Source of the DNA: Bacteroidota bacterium
GTDB lineage: Bacteria > Bacteroidota > Bacteroidia > Flavobacteriales > TMED113
Direction of reading: 5' to 3'
Assembly: GCA_036158635.1 (NCBI GenBank)
Contig: JAYYFR010000008.1
Location: forward strand, 684-64,683
Length of the DNA: 64,000 nucleotides
The number at the start of each line of letters is the position of its first letter. The first letter of the stretch is position 1. The position numbers were made by a program, and so were the translations under genes. The notes beneath the pieces were generated by a model. It saw nothing but the letters and a program-made list of their open reading frames with translations. It was not told the DNA's origin and made no database searches. Shown in pieces: positions 50,372-60,419 of this stretch.

Positions 50372-52380
50372 AAATAATTTTAAAAATAATGTTGATAATT
50401 CCATTGTTAACTTTTTCTCAAACAATTCAAGAACAAATAAATCTTGCTGAAGAAGGCGCAATAATAAATATTGAAGACGGTACATACAATGAAACAATTT
50501 TTATTAATAAATCAATCACATTAAATTGTAATAATAATTGTGTGATAAACGCATCAAATTTTGTTGGAGGTATTACAATTGAAGCATCTGATGTTACTAT
50601 TAATGGTTTTGAGATTTTTGGGAATAATGAAACTACATATGGAATAGTAATAACTCCAGTGTGTTCAAATATTAACATTACAAATAATGAGATACATGGC
50701 ATGTCTTTACCAAATCAAGGTAATTCTTCTCCCTTGTCGTATGGGATTTTAACATATGGAGAAATGACAAGTCTTCCTCAAAATTTAAATTTTTTAAATA
50801 ATTATATTCATAATATCTCTGGTTCAGGAATTTCTTTGGGCTCATTTACTGGATCTGCTGTCATTTCCGGAAATACTATTGAAAATATTAACCCTGTTCA
50901 ACTTTTAAACGAAAGTTTTAATGTTGGTATACAAGCTCAATTTTGTCAGTCCTTATCATTAAATAATAATAGCTTTTCCAATCTAATAATTGGAGCAAAT
51001 TTAATTTTTACTAATGCTACTATTGAAAACAATAGCTATTCAGACGTTATTTGTTTTCTTTCTCACTCTACTACCGCATCAGTTAATTTTCAAGAAGAAA
51101 TTGAATGGTGGAGTGTTAATGGAAATATTGAGTACGAAGGACAGAATTTTGATGTCATTTCTTATTTTAATTCTTTAGATAATGCGATTTTAGCAGCTTT
51201 AATAAATGGTTCAGATATTATTTCTTATGACGGTACAATATATGATAGTAATGGTAATCAAGGAGGTTGCGAGGATAATGAAACTCTATTAACTTTAAAT
51301 TTTAACACAAACGAAGCTTCATCCTTTAATGTATCAAATTTATCAGGTAGTTTTTTATATAATTCTCCTGTTCTTGAAGGAGAGGGTAGTATTCAGGATT
51401 GTTTCTTGACAAATCTAGAAAGTGAATGTCTATTTATAGAAATTGAGGGAAATTTTAATTCTTGGTCATTGAATTGGATTGGTCTAAATGGTAATACACA
51501 AATCTTAAATCAAGATAATTTAGATAGTAATTACATCGGAGAAGGATGTTCTGAAGGTTGTACTGATTCATTAGCTTGTAATTTTAACCCTGATTCAAAT
51601 ATAGATGATGATTCATGTGTATATGCTGAACTATATTATGATTGTGATGGGAATTGTTTATCTGATTTAGATGGTGATGGAGTATGTGATGAATTAGAAA
51701 TTGAAGGATGTGATGATCAGGATGCATGTAACTATAATCCAAATCTAACTGAGATTAATAATAATTTATGTGAATATCTTTCGTGCATCTGTGAAAGTGG
51801 TTATGTATTTTTTTCACTTTCTTATTCATCCAATGGAACATCTTATCTAGATATTTCTAATTATTCAGGAACTATATTGCATGATTTTGTTTTAGATGAT
51901 GATGAAGAAACTATAGAAGGATGTTTTCAAGCAGACATAGAAAATGACTGTTTTTTTATTTCAACTGAAGAAAATTTAATCTCTTGGGATTTTATGTTTG
52001 TAAATCAGTTTGGAGAACAAATAGAATTAACAAATAACAGTAATAATAATTACTTTGGAGATCAATGTATAAACGGTTGTATTTACGCAATCATTAATCA
52101 AACTATTACATGTAATTATGATTCAAATGCAATTATTGATGATGGTAGCTGTACTGTTCCTGGAGATGATTGTGAACTGAGTGACGGTACTATTAGTACA
52201 TATAATGATTTTTGTGAATGTGAGGCTGAAATTTCAAACATTTTAGAAAATCTTGAAAATAAAAACATTATTAAGACTATTGACTTATTGGGAAGAGACA
52301 TTAATTTAGACGAATCAAATTCAATTCAAATAGTTTACTATAAAAATGGAGATGTAAAAAAATTATTAAAATTTAAATAA
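50368..52380 (+). CDS. Secreted right-handed beta-helix protein with GCTD repeats
   Basis: TIQEQIN.A..G..I.I..GTYNE.I.INKSITL start and Asn/Ile-rich beta-helix turns; Cys-rich repeats; short C-terminal signal. Confidence 0.75.
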   Translation: MKIILKIMLIIPLLTFSQTIQEQINLAEEGAIINIEDGTYNETIFINKSITLNCNNNCVINASNFVGGITIEASDVTINGFEIFGNNETTYGIVITPVCSNINITNNEIHGMSLPNQGNSSPLSYGILTYGEMTSLPQNLNFLNNYIHNISGSGISLGSFTGSAVISGNTIENINPVQLLNESFNVGIQAQFCQSLSLNNNSFSNLIIGANLIFTNATIENNSYSDVICFLSHSTTASVNFQEEIEWWSVNGNIEYEGQNFDVISYFNSLDNAILAALINGSDIISYDGTIYDSNGNQGGCEDNETLLTLNFNTNEASSFNVSNLSGSFLYNSPVLEGEGSIQDCFLTNLESECLFIEIEGNFNSWSLNWIGLNGNTQILNQDNLDSNYIGEGCSEGCTDSLACNFNPDSNIDDDSCVYAELYYDCDGNCLSDLDGDGVCDELEIEGCDDQDACNYNPNLTEINNNLCEYLSCICESGYVFFSLSYSSNGTSYLDISNYSGTILHDFVLDDDEETIEGCFQADIENDCFFISTEENLISWDFMFVNQFGEQIELTNNSNNNYFGDQCINGCIYAIINQTITCNYDSNAIIDDGSCTVPGDDCELSDGTISTYNDFCECEAEISNILENLENKNIIKTIDLLGRDINLDESNSIQIVYYKNGDVKKLLKFK

Positions 52381-52526
52381 TAATGTAAAAACTAAAATTC
52401 ATTTTTTCACTTTATTTGTAACTATTATTTTCAAAGTTTTTAATAGTCAAAATATTCTTATCCTGCATTAAATTAATTTTGTCTAATTTTTTTTTATCTT
52501 TAAAACTTAATCAAACCCTAAATATT

Positions 52527-53369
52527 ATGAATAATTTAAAAAATATTTTAGTAATCATATTTATGATTGCCCCTTTTATAATTTTTGCTCAAGTAGAAGA
52601 AGATAGTTCTGCAGGTAAATTAAAACTTGAAGGATCAGTAGGAGCTGATGCAAACGGAGTATATTTATTGAGTGAAAATTGTCGATATAATGGAAAATTT
52701 TACTTTTCTCCTATTTTACCAACTGATACTGACGATAAAAAAATTAATAAAAAAAATGCAAAGTCCAATAAAAAGACCCAAAAAAAAATTGATAAGTATG
52801 GAAAATTTTTGGGAGGAAATATTTTAAATAATATGACTGTCACTTGTTTAATGGGTACAGGTAATAATAAAGGGAAAATAAGCTTTGGAAACCTTGTTGG
52901 GCCGATTACTGAACCTATCGAAGTAGCATCAACTCCTGCAGCAAATGCCTTAAATCAAGCTGTTTTTAATATTGCTGGAACTATTGCAGGATTAAAAGAA
53001 AGTATGAAAATAATTTCATTTGCTGGAGAAGAAGTCAGGGGAGTTGAGTCCGTCATGACTTATTATTATGGTCCAAGTTGTAAACTCATAAAAGGAATGC
53101 CTGATGCAATTAAAACAGAAGTAAACTTAGTAATTGAACAAGTATTAGCAACTGGTTTGGTAATAACAGCTGAATTACTATCAATAGAGGACAAAGTAAA
53201 AGCAGCAAAAGACGAAGTTAAGTCTTTAAAACCACCTGCAAATATTGCAGCTGGAGCAGCTAATGCACAAGCAGTCCTTAATATAAGCAGATTAACTAAC
53301 GAGCTTGAGGGACTTATTAAAAATGCAACTGATCTTCAAAAATCAATAAATAAAGCAAATCAACTTTAG
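52527..53369 (+). CDS. Hypothetical exported protein with an Ala-rich helical C-terminal half
   Basis: ORF 52479..53369; preferred start 52527 (MNNLKN...IFAQ signal peptide). No family recognised. Confidence 0.7.
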   Translation: MNNLKNILVIIFMIAPFIIFAQVEEDSSAGKLKLEGSVGADANGVYLLSENCRYNGKFYFSPILPTDTDDKKINKKNAKSNKKTQKKIDKYGKFLGGNILNNMTVTCLMGTGNNKGKISFGNLVGPITEPIEVASTPAANALNQAVFNIAGTIAGLKESMKIISFAGEEVRGVESVMTYYYGPSCKLIKGMPDAIKTEVNLVIEQVLATGLVITAELLSIEDKVKAAKDEVKSLKPPANIAAGAANAQAVLNISRLTNELEGLIKNATDLQKSINKANQL

Positions 53370-53375
53370 TCGAAT

Positions 53376-54215
53376 ATGAGAGTTTTATATAGTAACTTTT
53401 TACTTGTACTCTTTTTCTTTTCTCTTATTTGTTTTTCTCAAGAAAACACTGCCAAAGACATAAGATTTAGAGTTCAAGTAAAAGATCTTATTGCTGATAA
53501 TGCTGCTTTTGAAGAGTATTTGGCAAGAATAACAGAGAGTGTAACTACAAATTTAAAACAAACTAACAGAGTTGATGTTTTTGGAACAAAAAATGAAAAA
53601 GCTATTGATGATGTTATTGCAGAATCTATGGAACAAGATGCTTCAAAATGGATTTGGGACACTAATGAAAAGATGGTAAAATACACCGTAACAGGTTCGG
53701 TAAATAGTATAAAACTATATACCCTTAGCGATAATTATTATAAATCTTCAATTAATTTTACTCTCGTTGTAACAGATAACAACACAAAAGATGTTATTGC
53801 ACAACAAGAATTTGTTTCAGAAAAAAAATTAAAAAGTCAAGCATCAAGAACACCTGCATTTAATCAAGCTTTAAAAAGCACAGAAAAAGCTCAAAGAAAA
53901 TTTTTTAAATCCGTTTTTAACTTAAGAACAACAATTTTAAAATTTGATGATTATAACAAAAAAAATGTTTCTAGTCTTACTGTTACATCTGGTAAAACAT
54001 CAGGTTTGAAAAAGAATGATGAATTAATAGTAAAGCACATAGAAATAATTGATGGCTTTCAAGATGAAACTACTGTGGGAATATTAAAAGTAAAAGAAGT
54101 TGGAGCAAGAACATCAAAATGTCAAGTTTCAAAAGGAGGAAAAGAAATTTTAAAATTATTCGATAAGAAAAATAGGGAAACCCTAATTTGTGAACTAAAA
54201 AAAGATAAAAAATGA
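53376..54215 (+). CDS. Exported CsgG/HfaB-like protein with a FlgT-C-like beta domain
   Basis: Signal peptide; L..TNRVDV, KY.VTGSV.S, INFTL.V.D..T..VIA pattern; C-terminal G...GLK..D.L.V......G.LKV.EV....S.C.V. Confidence 0.55.
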   Translation: MRVLYSNFLLVLFFFSLICFSQENTAKDIRFRVQVKDLIADNAAFEEYLARITESVTTNLKQTNRVDVFGTKNEKAIDDVIAESMEQDASKWIWDTNEKMVKYTVTGSVNSIKLYTLSDNYYKSSINFTLVVTDNNTKDVIAQQEFVSEKKLKSQASRTPAFNQALKSTEKAQRKFFKSVFNLRTTILKFDDYNKKNVSSLTVTSGKTSGLKKNDELIVKHIEIIDGFQDETTVGILKVKEVGARTSKCQVSKGGKEILKLFDKKNRETLICELKKDKK

Positions 54216-54658
54216 AAAAATATTTTATAATTATATTATCATCAATTTTTATTTATAGTTGCGGATCTACTTTACCATCAACAGGCGAGGTAAAAAAAAG
54301 TTCTGAAAATATTGATACTTTGACACTAAGCACTAAAGGATATGGAAAAAGTGAAGATGAAGCAAAAAAGCATGCAAAAACTCAAGCTTTTTCTAATTTA
54401 CTATTTAGGGGAATTTCTAATAGTTCATATTCAAAAGCAATGGTTGGAAATGAAGATGAAGCAAGAAAGTTACACAAAGGATTTTTTAAAAACTTTTTTA
54501 ATAAAATGGATTTAAATAAATTCATTACTGACATAAACGTTACTAAAAATTATAATAAAAAAGATAGAAGTATAACTTGTGATATAACGATTAACATAAA
54601 ATCCCTGAGAGCTCATTTAATAGATAGTAAAATATTAAGAGAATGGGGTTTAAATTAA
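54212..54658 (+). CDS. Lipoprotein, LPP20-like
   Basis: Lipobox IYSC; GYGKSEDEAKKHAKTQAF.NLLFRGI; C-terminal LR.HL....I....G. Confidence 0.6.
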   Translation: MKKYFIIILSSIFIYSCGSTLPSTGEVKKSSENIDTLTLSTKGYGKSEDEAKKHAKTQAFSNLLFRGISNSSYSKAMVGNEDEARKLHKGFFKNFFNKMDLNKFITDINVTKNYNKKDRSITCDITINIKSLRAHLIDSKILREWGLN

Positions 54659-54668
54659 ACAAATTAAT

Positions 54669-55610
54669 ATGAAAAATTTAAAATATATTTTATTCACATT
54701 ATTAATATTTATTTCAATTTCTTTTTCTCAAAAAATTGCTGACCCATCAATGATGATATTACCATACACCTCTACATCAGGTGAAAGCGCGATAGAGAAA
54801 TATGAAAATGATGTAGTTTATAGATCATTAATTCAATCCATTCAATCTGCATTCATTGATGAAGGTGCTGAAATTCAAGATTTAGCACAAACTCTAAAAA
54901 ACCTTAGGGATCAAGAAATAAGAGAAGGTTCTAAAATAACCGATATTGATGATGCAATGAATAAAAATGCGTCTTCAGAAGTTATAATTCTTGCTGAAGT
55001 TCAGTTTTTTGATCAAGGTGGATTCAGAACAATAAAAATTCTCATGCAAGCTATTGAAACAGCTACTGGAAATGCTTTGTATGTTTCGCAACCGTTTGAT
55101 AGAATTCCTAAAGCCAAGCAATCAGCTGATTTTGCAAGAATAGCTTCTCAAGCCTTAAGAGCTATTGACCCTCAAAATGGAGCATTTATTAGAAATTTTT
55201 TAAATGGAATGAATAGTGCATTTAATAAAATAGTTGAAGAAGGAAGATCAGTTAATATTATTATTTCTACTGATGATAATAGTGATTTTTTATTATCGGA
55301 TGAAGCAAATGATGATTTTGAATTAATCGGAGATAAAATTGATGAATGGGTGGAAGAGAATACCAAATCATCAAGAAAAGAAAGCAGCTCAGATAACAGA
55401 TATGAATATACAGTAAAAATTCCAGTAAGAGATGCTGATGACAAACCTTATTCAGTTAGTAAATTTGCAAAACAATTAAGAATAGCAATTCTTAAAACTT
55501 GTAAAAAAGCTAGCGAAACAATGGGTGACGGTGAAAAAGTAGATGCTAGAACCTGTAAACAAAATATAGTGGGTGGAGAAATAAGATTAAACATGCCATC
55601 ATATAAATAG
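54669..55610 (+). CDS. Exported DUF6175-like protein
   Basis: Signal peptide; PSMMILPY, I.SAF...G, MQAIETATG..L, F.KIVEEGRSV.I, VKIP. Confidence 0.55.
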   Translation: MKNLKYILFTLLIFISISFSQKIADPSMMILPYTSTSGESAIEKYENDVVYRSLIQSIQSAFIDEGAEIQDLAQTLKNLRDQEIREGSKITDIDDAMNKNASSEVIILAEVQFFDQGGFRTIKILMQAIETATGNALYVSQPFDRIPKAKQSADFARIASQALRAIDPQNGAFIRNFLNGMNSAFNKIVEEGRSVNIIISTDDNSDFLLSDEANDDFELIGDKIDEWVEENTKSSRKESSSDNRYEYTVKIPVRDADDKPYSVSKFAKQLRIAILKTCKKASETMGDGEKVDARTCKQNIVGGEIRLNMPSYK

Positions 55611-55616
55611 AAAGTT

Positions 55617-56894
55617 ATGAATATAGTATTATTATTTACCATTTTTTTTAATTCATTCTTAATTGCACAAAATCCAAGTGATCTTGGTAAAATAACTTTA
55701 CATATTGTTATGCCAACTGACCAATCTACAAATTTTGCAAATTTAAAATCTAAGGAATTAAATAAAGTTCGTTCCAAAATAACGTCAATAACATCAAGAA
55801 ATGGAATAGCTGGTAGTGGAAAAGGAAATTTTGTTATTTATCCTACTATTAATATTTATGATGAAGAAAAAATGTCAACAGGAATGGATAATCTAGTTAT
55901 TGTAAGAGCAGAATTTTCCTTAGTCATAAAAGAAATTAATAATGGTCAAATCTATGGTTCATGTTCTGTTGAATTGGAAGGAACAGGAAGAGATAGAAAT
56001 CGTGCACTGAGTAAATGCATTCAAAGTATAAATACTAGAGATTCGGAATTTAAAAATATGATAGAGGGAGCAAAGGCAAAAATTATTAATTATTACGAAA
56101 GTAGATGTAATGATATTCAAGAAGAAGCTAGAAGTCACAGTAAAAGAAGAGATTATTTAAGTGCTATTTCTACTTTAATGCAAGTCCCTAATGAAGTTAG
56201 TAGTTGTTACAACCAAATAAGCGCAAAATCTATCGAATATTATAATTATTACATTGAAATTGAATGTCAGGAAAATCTATCTAAAGCAAAGGTTGCAAAA
56301 GCAAAAAATAATTGGGACGAAGCTGCTGAATATATAATAGGAATACTCCCTCATTATGATTGTTATTTTGAAGCCATGTCGATGCTTAAAGAAATAGAGG
56401 ATCACAGATGTTCTGTAAATCTTGGTAAAGCTGAAGGAGCTTGGTCTAAGGGAGAAAAAGGTGCTGATGAAGCAGCAATGTATTTAGCCATGATACCATC
56501 TGATTCGGAATGCTCAAAAAGAGCTACAGAAATTTCAAATGAAATAAGAAATAGACTTAGTGATTTAGAAAAAAGAAACTGGGACCTAGAGTATGAAAAA
56601 TATAACAGAGAAACTTTAATAATTGAAAATGCCCTCAAGCACGCTCAAAATATGGAAGAAAAGTCAATAGATTATCAGCACACTGAAAATATGAAAGATA
56701 AGCAATTAAAGGAACAAAAAGAAAACAATATACATTCCGAAAATATGAAGAGTAAAGAAGTTGAGTTAGAAAATATGAAGCAAATTAGAAAACTTGTTTC
56801 CTCTGTGTGGGAAAGTAAGGCAGAAATTGCTAAGTCAAAATCAAAAGAAAAAGACGAGTACAATTATTATACAAATTTTAATTATTCAGAGTAG
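55617..56894 (+). CDS. Hypothetical exported protein with Cys-spaced helical (TPR-like) repeats and a charged coiled-coil tail
   Basis: Signal peptide; FVIYP, KIINYYESRC, A...L..VP....CY pattern repeated; K/E-rich C-terminus. Confidence 0.7.
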   Translation: MNIVLLFTIFFNSFLIAQNPSDLGKITLHIVMPTDQSTNFANLKSKELNKVRSKITSITSRNGIAGSGKGNFVIYPTINIYDEEKMSTGMDNLVIVRAEFSLVIKEINNGQIYGSCSVELEGTGRDRNRALSKCIQSINTRDSEFKNMIEGAKAKIINYYESRCNDIQEEARSHSKRRDYLSAISTLMQVPNEVSSCYNQISAKSIEYYNYYIEIECQENLSKAKVAKAKNNWDEAAEYIIGILPHYDCYFEAMSMLKEIEDHRCSVNLGKAEGAWSKGEKGADEAAMYLAMIPSDSECSKRATEISNEIRNRLSDLEKRNWDLEYEKYNRETLIIENALKHAQNMEEKSIDYQHTENMKDKQLKEQKENNIHSENMKSKEVELENMKQIRKLVSSVWESKAEIAKSKSKEKDEYNYYTNFNYSE

Positions 56895-56916
56895 TTAATA
56901 GATTAATTTAAATAAA

Positions 56917-57876
56917 ATGAATTATTTGTTAATATTATTATCTATTTCTTTTTTTTCATTTTCTCAAAGTTATAATGGACCAGAAAGTATTGAGTACAAT
57001 TCTTTAAAGGGTACTTATTTTATTTCAAACTCCAATAACGGCCAAATCTTAAAGCTAGATAGTAATAATGAGTTATCTATTTTTGCTTCAAACCTTGGAA
57101 ATGGTCCTCATGGTTTAGAAATTGTGGATAATGTTTTATACGCTTGTAGTGGAGGGCGATTAAAAGGATATGACCTAGATAATGGAAATCAAGTATTAAA
57201 TTTTAATGTTGGAGGAACATTTCTCAATGGAATTACTCAATATAGTGATGGTTCAGGTAATTATTTATTTTTAACTGATTTTTCAACAAGAAAATTATAT
57301 AGATATAGAATTGAAGATGAATGGATTTCCTCCATATGTGATTTTCCAAGAAATCCAAATGGTGTAATTTTAGAACCAATGAATAATAGTTTGTATGTGG
57401 TGACATGGGGAAATAATGCTCCAATTTATGAAGTTGACTTTTCAACAGAGGAGTTTAATACTGCAACAACAACTAATTTAAATAACCTAGATGGTATATC
57501 TATTGATGAATGTGGTAATTTTTTAATTTCTGCTTGGAGTACAAATTCAATACATAGGTTTAGTAATGATTTTTCTGAAACTGATGTTGTTGTCGATGGA
57601 TTAAGTTATCCTGCAGATATAATATATGACCAATTAAATAACTTTCTTGTTATTCCAAATTCTGGAAATAATACTGTAGATTTTGTTCCATATTCACCTT
57701 TTTATGAGCCAACAGCACTTTCTTGGTGGTGTGAAAACAACACTAATTTAATAGAAGAAAATAAAAATCTTCAAATCATTAAAACAATTGATCTGTTAGG
57801 AAGAGAAACTAAATCCAAAGGATTTATTATAGAAATTTATTATAACGGGGCAGTAAAAAAGAAGTATAAAATATGA
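56917..57876 (+). CDS. Secreted SMP-30/gluconolactonase-like beta-propeller protein
   Basis: GPES, GPHGL, FLNGI, NPNGV, LDGI and PADI blade motifs; short C-terminal signal. Confidence 0.8.
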   Translation: MNYLLILLSISFFSFSQSYNGPESIEYNSLKGTYFISNSNNGQILKLDSNNELSIFASNLGNGPHGLEIVDNVLYACSGGRLKGYDLDNGNQVLNFNVGGTFLNGITQYSDGSGNYLFLTDFSTRKLYRYRIEDEWISSICDFPRNPNGVILEPMNNSLYVVTWGNNAPIYEVDFSTEEFNTATTTNLNNLDGISIDECGNFLISAWSTNSIHRFSNDFSETDVVVDGLSYPADIIYDQLNNFLVIPNSGNNTVDFVPYSPFYEPTALSWWCENNTNLIEENKNLQIIKTIDLLGRETKSKGFIIEIYYNGAVKKKYKI

Positions 57877-58679
57877 GATTTTTAATTCCCCTCTTTTTTT
57901 TAATGATTATACTGATTAGTTGTGAAAGCGATGAGAATATTGAAGAAAATTTATGCGAAGATTTAACTTGTGATTTAGTTTGCGAAAATGGCTTAATAAC
58001 TGATGAAAATGATTGTGAAGTATGTGAATGTATAATTTTTGGTTGTACAAACCCAGATGCAACAAACTATAACGAAGATGCAAATACAGATTTAGGAGAT
58101 TGTATATATAATTATGTTTATGCAGGTATATTTGATGATAATTTTACAATTACAGAATTTATTCCTCCTTTAGAGATCGACCTTGTCTGGGATGAAGATA
58201 ATCTCTATGCTTTTGGAAATATATCACTTGATACTGATCAAAATGGGGTAGATGATTTATTATTTAATCAAACAAATTATAACCTCGAATACATTGAACA
58301 ATTAATCGATGATGGCATTCCTTTCAGCCCATATTATTTTCCAAGCGCTGGCTTAACTCCTAGTGATGATGTTGAATTTGCTTTTATAGAAGTTGGATTT
58401 TATGCTGGTTTAGGTTCTTATAGTAGTACAGATTTTGTTTATAAAATAAATTATCAAGACCGAATTGATAACCTCTCTCTTTGGAAGGAAAGCTATGCAG
58501 CAATGTTTCAAGAAAATCCTACTACTATTTTCCCTTTTGGTCCATGGCATGCAACTGATGGGACATATTATATTGCAATCAGAAAAAATAATAAATTTGG
58601 TTGGATTGAGATTGAAATGAATGGCTTAAATACTTATCCTAAAATATCAAAAATTGCATTTCAAACATTTGATGAATAA
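57873..58679 (+). CDS. Lipoprotein with an antistasin-like Cys motif and a GCTN repeat
   Basis: Lipobox LISC; CEDLTCDLVCENGLITDENDCEVCEC; GCTNPDATNY; C-terminal FGWIEI. Confidence 0.7.
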   Translation: MRFLIPLFFLMIILISCESDENIEENLCEDLTCDLVCENGLITDENDCEVCECIIFGCTNPDATNYNEDANTDLGDCIYNYVYAGIFDDNFTITEFIPPLEIDLVWDEDNLYAFGNISLDTDQNGVDDLLFNQTNYNLEYIEQLIDDGIPFSPYYFPSAGLTPSDDVEFAFIEVGFYAGLGSYSSTDFVYKINYQDRIDNLSLWKESYAAMFQENPTTIFPFGPWHATDGTYYIAIRKNNKFGWIEIEMNGLNTYPKISKIAFQTFDE

Positions 58680-58728
58680 TTTTTTAAAAATACAAAACTT
58701 AGTATATTTAAGATATAAACTCATTACT

Positions 58729-60414
58729 ATGAAAAAAAACAATTTTATCTATTTATCTAATTTATTAATCATCTTTTTTGTTATTCTTTCTACTGGTTGT
58801 GGATCAAAGTCATCTTACTATGAACAAGTAGCTCTTGTTGCCAAAGACGAATCTAAAGGAGATTATGGTTTTGTTAATTTTAAAGGTGAAGTAGTCCTGG
58901 ACTTTAATTTTAATAAAAGACCATCAATGATGCACGAGGGTTTTTCATTTTTCAAAAATGATAACAGGAAAATAGTTTATATAAAAGAAAATGGTGAAGA
59001 TATTAAAACCCAATTCATTAAAACTTCTCATTTTAACAATGGTTTAGCATTAGTAACAAAAGAAAAAGGCAAATTACAATACATAAACACAGACTTAAAA
59101 GAAGTTGTTACTCTAGACAAAAATATTGAAGAAGCAGGTTATTTTTTTAATGAAAGAGCAAAGTTTAGAGCAAAAAATGGAAAATGGGGGTTTATTGATA
59201 TGTCAGGTAACATTGTTATTAAAGCTCAGTATGATGATGTAGAAAGTTTTTCTGAAGGAGGTGCAATGGTAAAAAAAAGAGATGAAAATGACAGAGATGT
59301 TATATATAGAGGAATTATTGATACTGATGGAAATGAAATTATAAAATTAGATGATGATTATACTTCATTATCTGGCTTTCATGATGGTTTAGCTGCTTTT
59401 TCAAAACCGAACGAAAGGGGATATTTAAATAAAAAAGGGGAAGTTGTAATTAAAAATAAAGATTGGGATTTCATATATCCATTTCACGAAGGATATGCAT
59501 GTGTACAAGAAAATGGAGATTACGGACTTATTGACAAAAAAGGTAATAGAATAATTAAACCCAGAGAAGAAGCACCAATTATGTTATTTAATGATCTAGC
59601 TGTTTATATCTACGTTAATAATTTTGGTTTTATAGATAAAAATAGAACCGAAAAAATAAAAGCTGATTATCAATTTGCATTACCTTATTTTAACAAAGGG
59701 GCTTTTGTAAGAGATGGAAATGATTGGATTTATATTAATAAAAAAAACAAACAAACTAATGATCTAGAAATGAAAAGACTGTATTATAGTGATTTCATAG
59801 ATAATGTCATTAGGTACACTCACGCTATAGACGTTGAAAAAACAATTGGAAATGAATATATTGATATTGATGGTCTACTAGAAAATTTATTTAAAAGATC
59901 TGGTATAGATTATTTTGGAATTACAGATAATGACAACCCTGAGGTTGCATTAGATTATGTTTTAGAATTTTTAGAATCTTATCCTGAATCTGACTTTAAA
60001 TCAAATTTATTTAAAGAAGATATAATGCAAAAAACTTCAAGTAAACGTAATTATTTGAGTTCTAGAGAAATTTTAGGAGATTATTGTGAATATAATGATC
60101 AATTTAAATTTTCAGTCAAATATAATTATGATAATAAAATTGTTAAAATTGAAAACAGTATAAAAGACATCAATGAATTAGCAAAACCAAATAGTATTAA
60201 TCTTTATATTGGTTTTAATAAAAGAGCTTATGGAGAAAAAAAATACATAAGAGAAAAAATGAAAAATTACTTTGAAGATTTAGGTTACTTACTCAATGTT
60301 GAAACTAATAAGTTCGAACATTCTGAAAAACCATCAATAGTAATTAAGAAAGTTAGTAGCTCTTCTGCTGAAATATTGATTTCATTTGAAAAACCAAAAG
60401 AAGCAACTTTATAA
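58729..60414 (+). CDS. WG-repeat (KWG-type) lipoprotein
   Basis: Repeated KWGFID..G..VI...Y.....F.EG.A units; lipobox STGC. Start moved from 58654 to 58729. Confidence 0.85.
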   Translation: MKKNNFIYLSNLLIIFFVILSTGCGSKSSYYEQVALVAKDESKGDYGFVNFKGEVVLDFNFNKRPSMMHEGFSFFKNDNRKIVYIKENGEDIKTQFIKTSHFNNGLALVTKEKGKLQYINTDLKEVVTLDKNIEEAGYFFNERAKFRAKNGKWGFIDMSGNIVIKAQYDDVESFSEGGAMVKKRDENDRDVIYRGIIDTDGNEIIKLDDDYTSLSGFHDGLAAFSKPNERGYLNKKGEVVIKNKDWDFIYPFHEGYACVQENGDYGLIDKKGNRIIKPREEAPIMLFNDLAVYIYVNNFGFIDKNRTEKIKADYQFALPYFNKGAFVRDGNDWIYINKKNKQTNDLEMKRLYYSDFIDNVIRYTHAIDVEKTIGNEYIDIDGLLENLFKRSGIDYFGITDNDNPEVALDYVLEFLESYPESDFKSNLFKEDIMQKTSSKRNYLSSREILGDYCEYNDQFKFSVKYNYDNKIVKIENSIKDINELAKPNSINLYIGFNKRAYGEKKYIREKMKNYFEDLGYLLNVETNKFEHSEKPSIVIKKVSSSSAEILISFEKPKEATL

Positions 60415-60419
60415 AATTC

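Noticed and set aside
52381-52526. Longer intergenic gaps (also 42789-42870, 61488-61581, 62620-62730) as ncRNA or riboswitch
   Set aside because: Almost pure A/T with no stable GC stems or recognisable aptamer or tRNA motifs. No FMN riboswitch fits the 35-bp gap before ribD.
57123-57131. Perfect DnaA box TGTGGATAA
   Set aside because: Single copy inside a coding sequence, with no cluster or AT-rich unwinding gap nearby.
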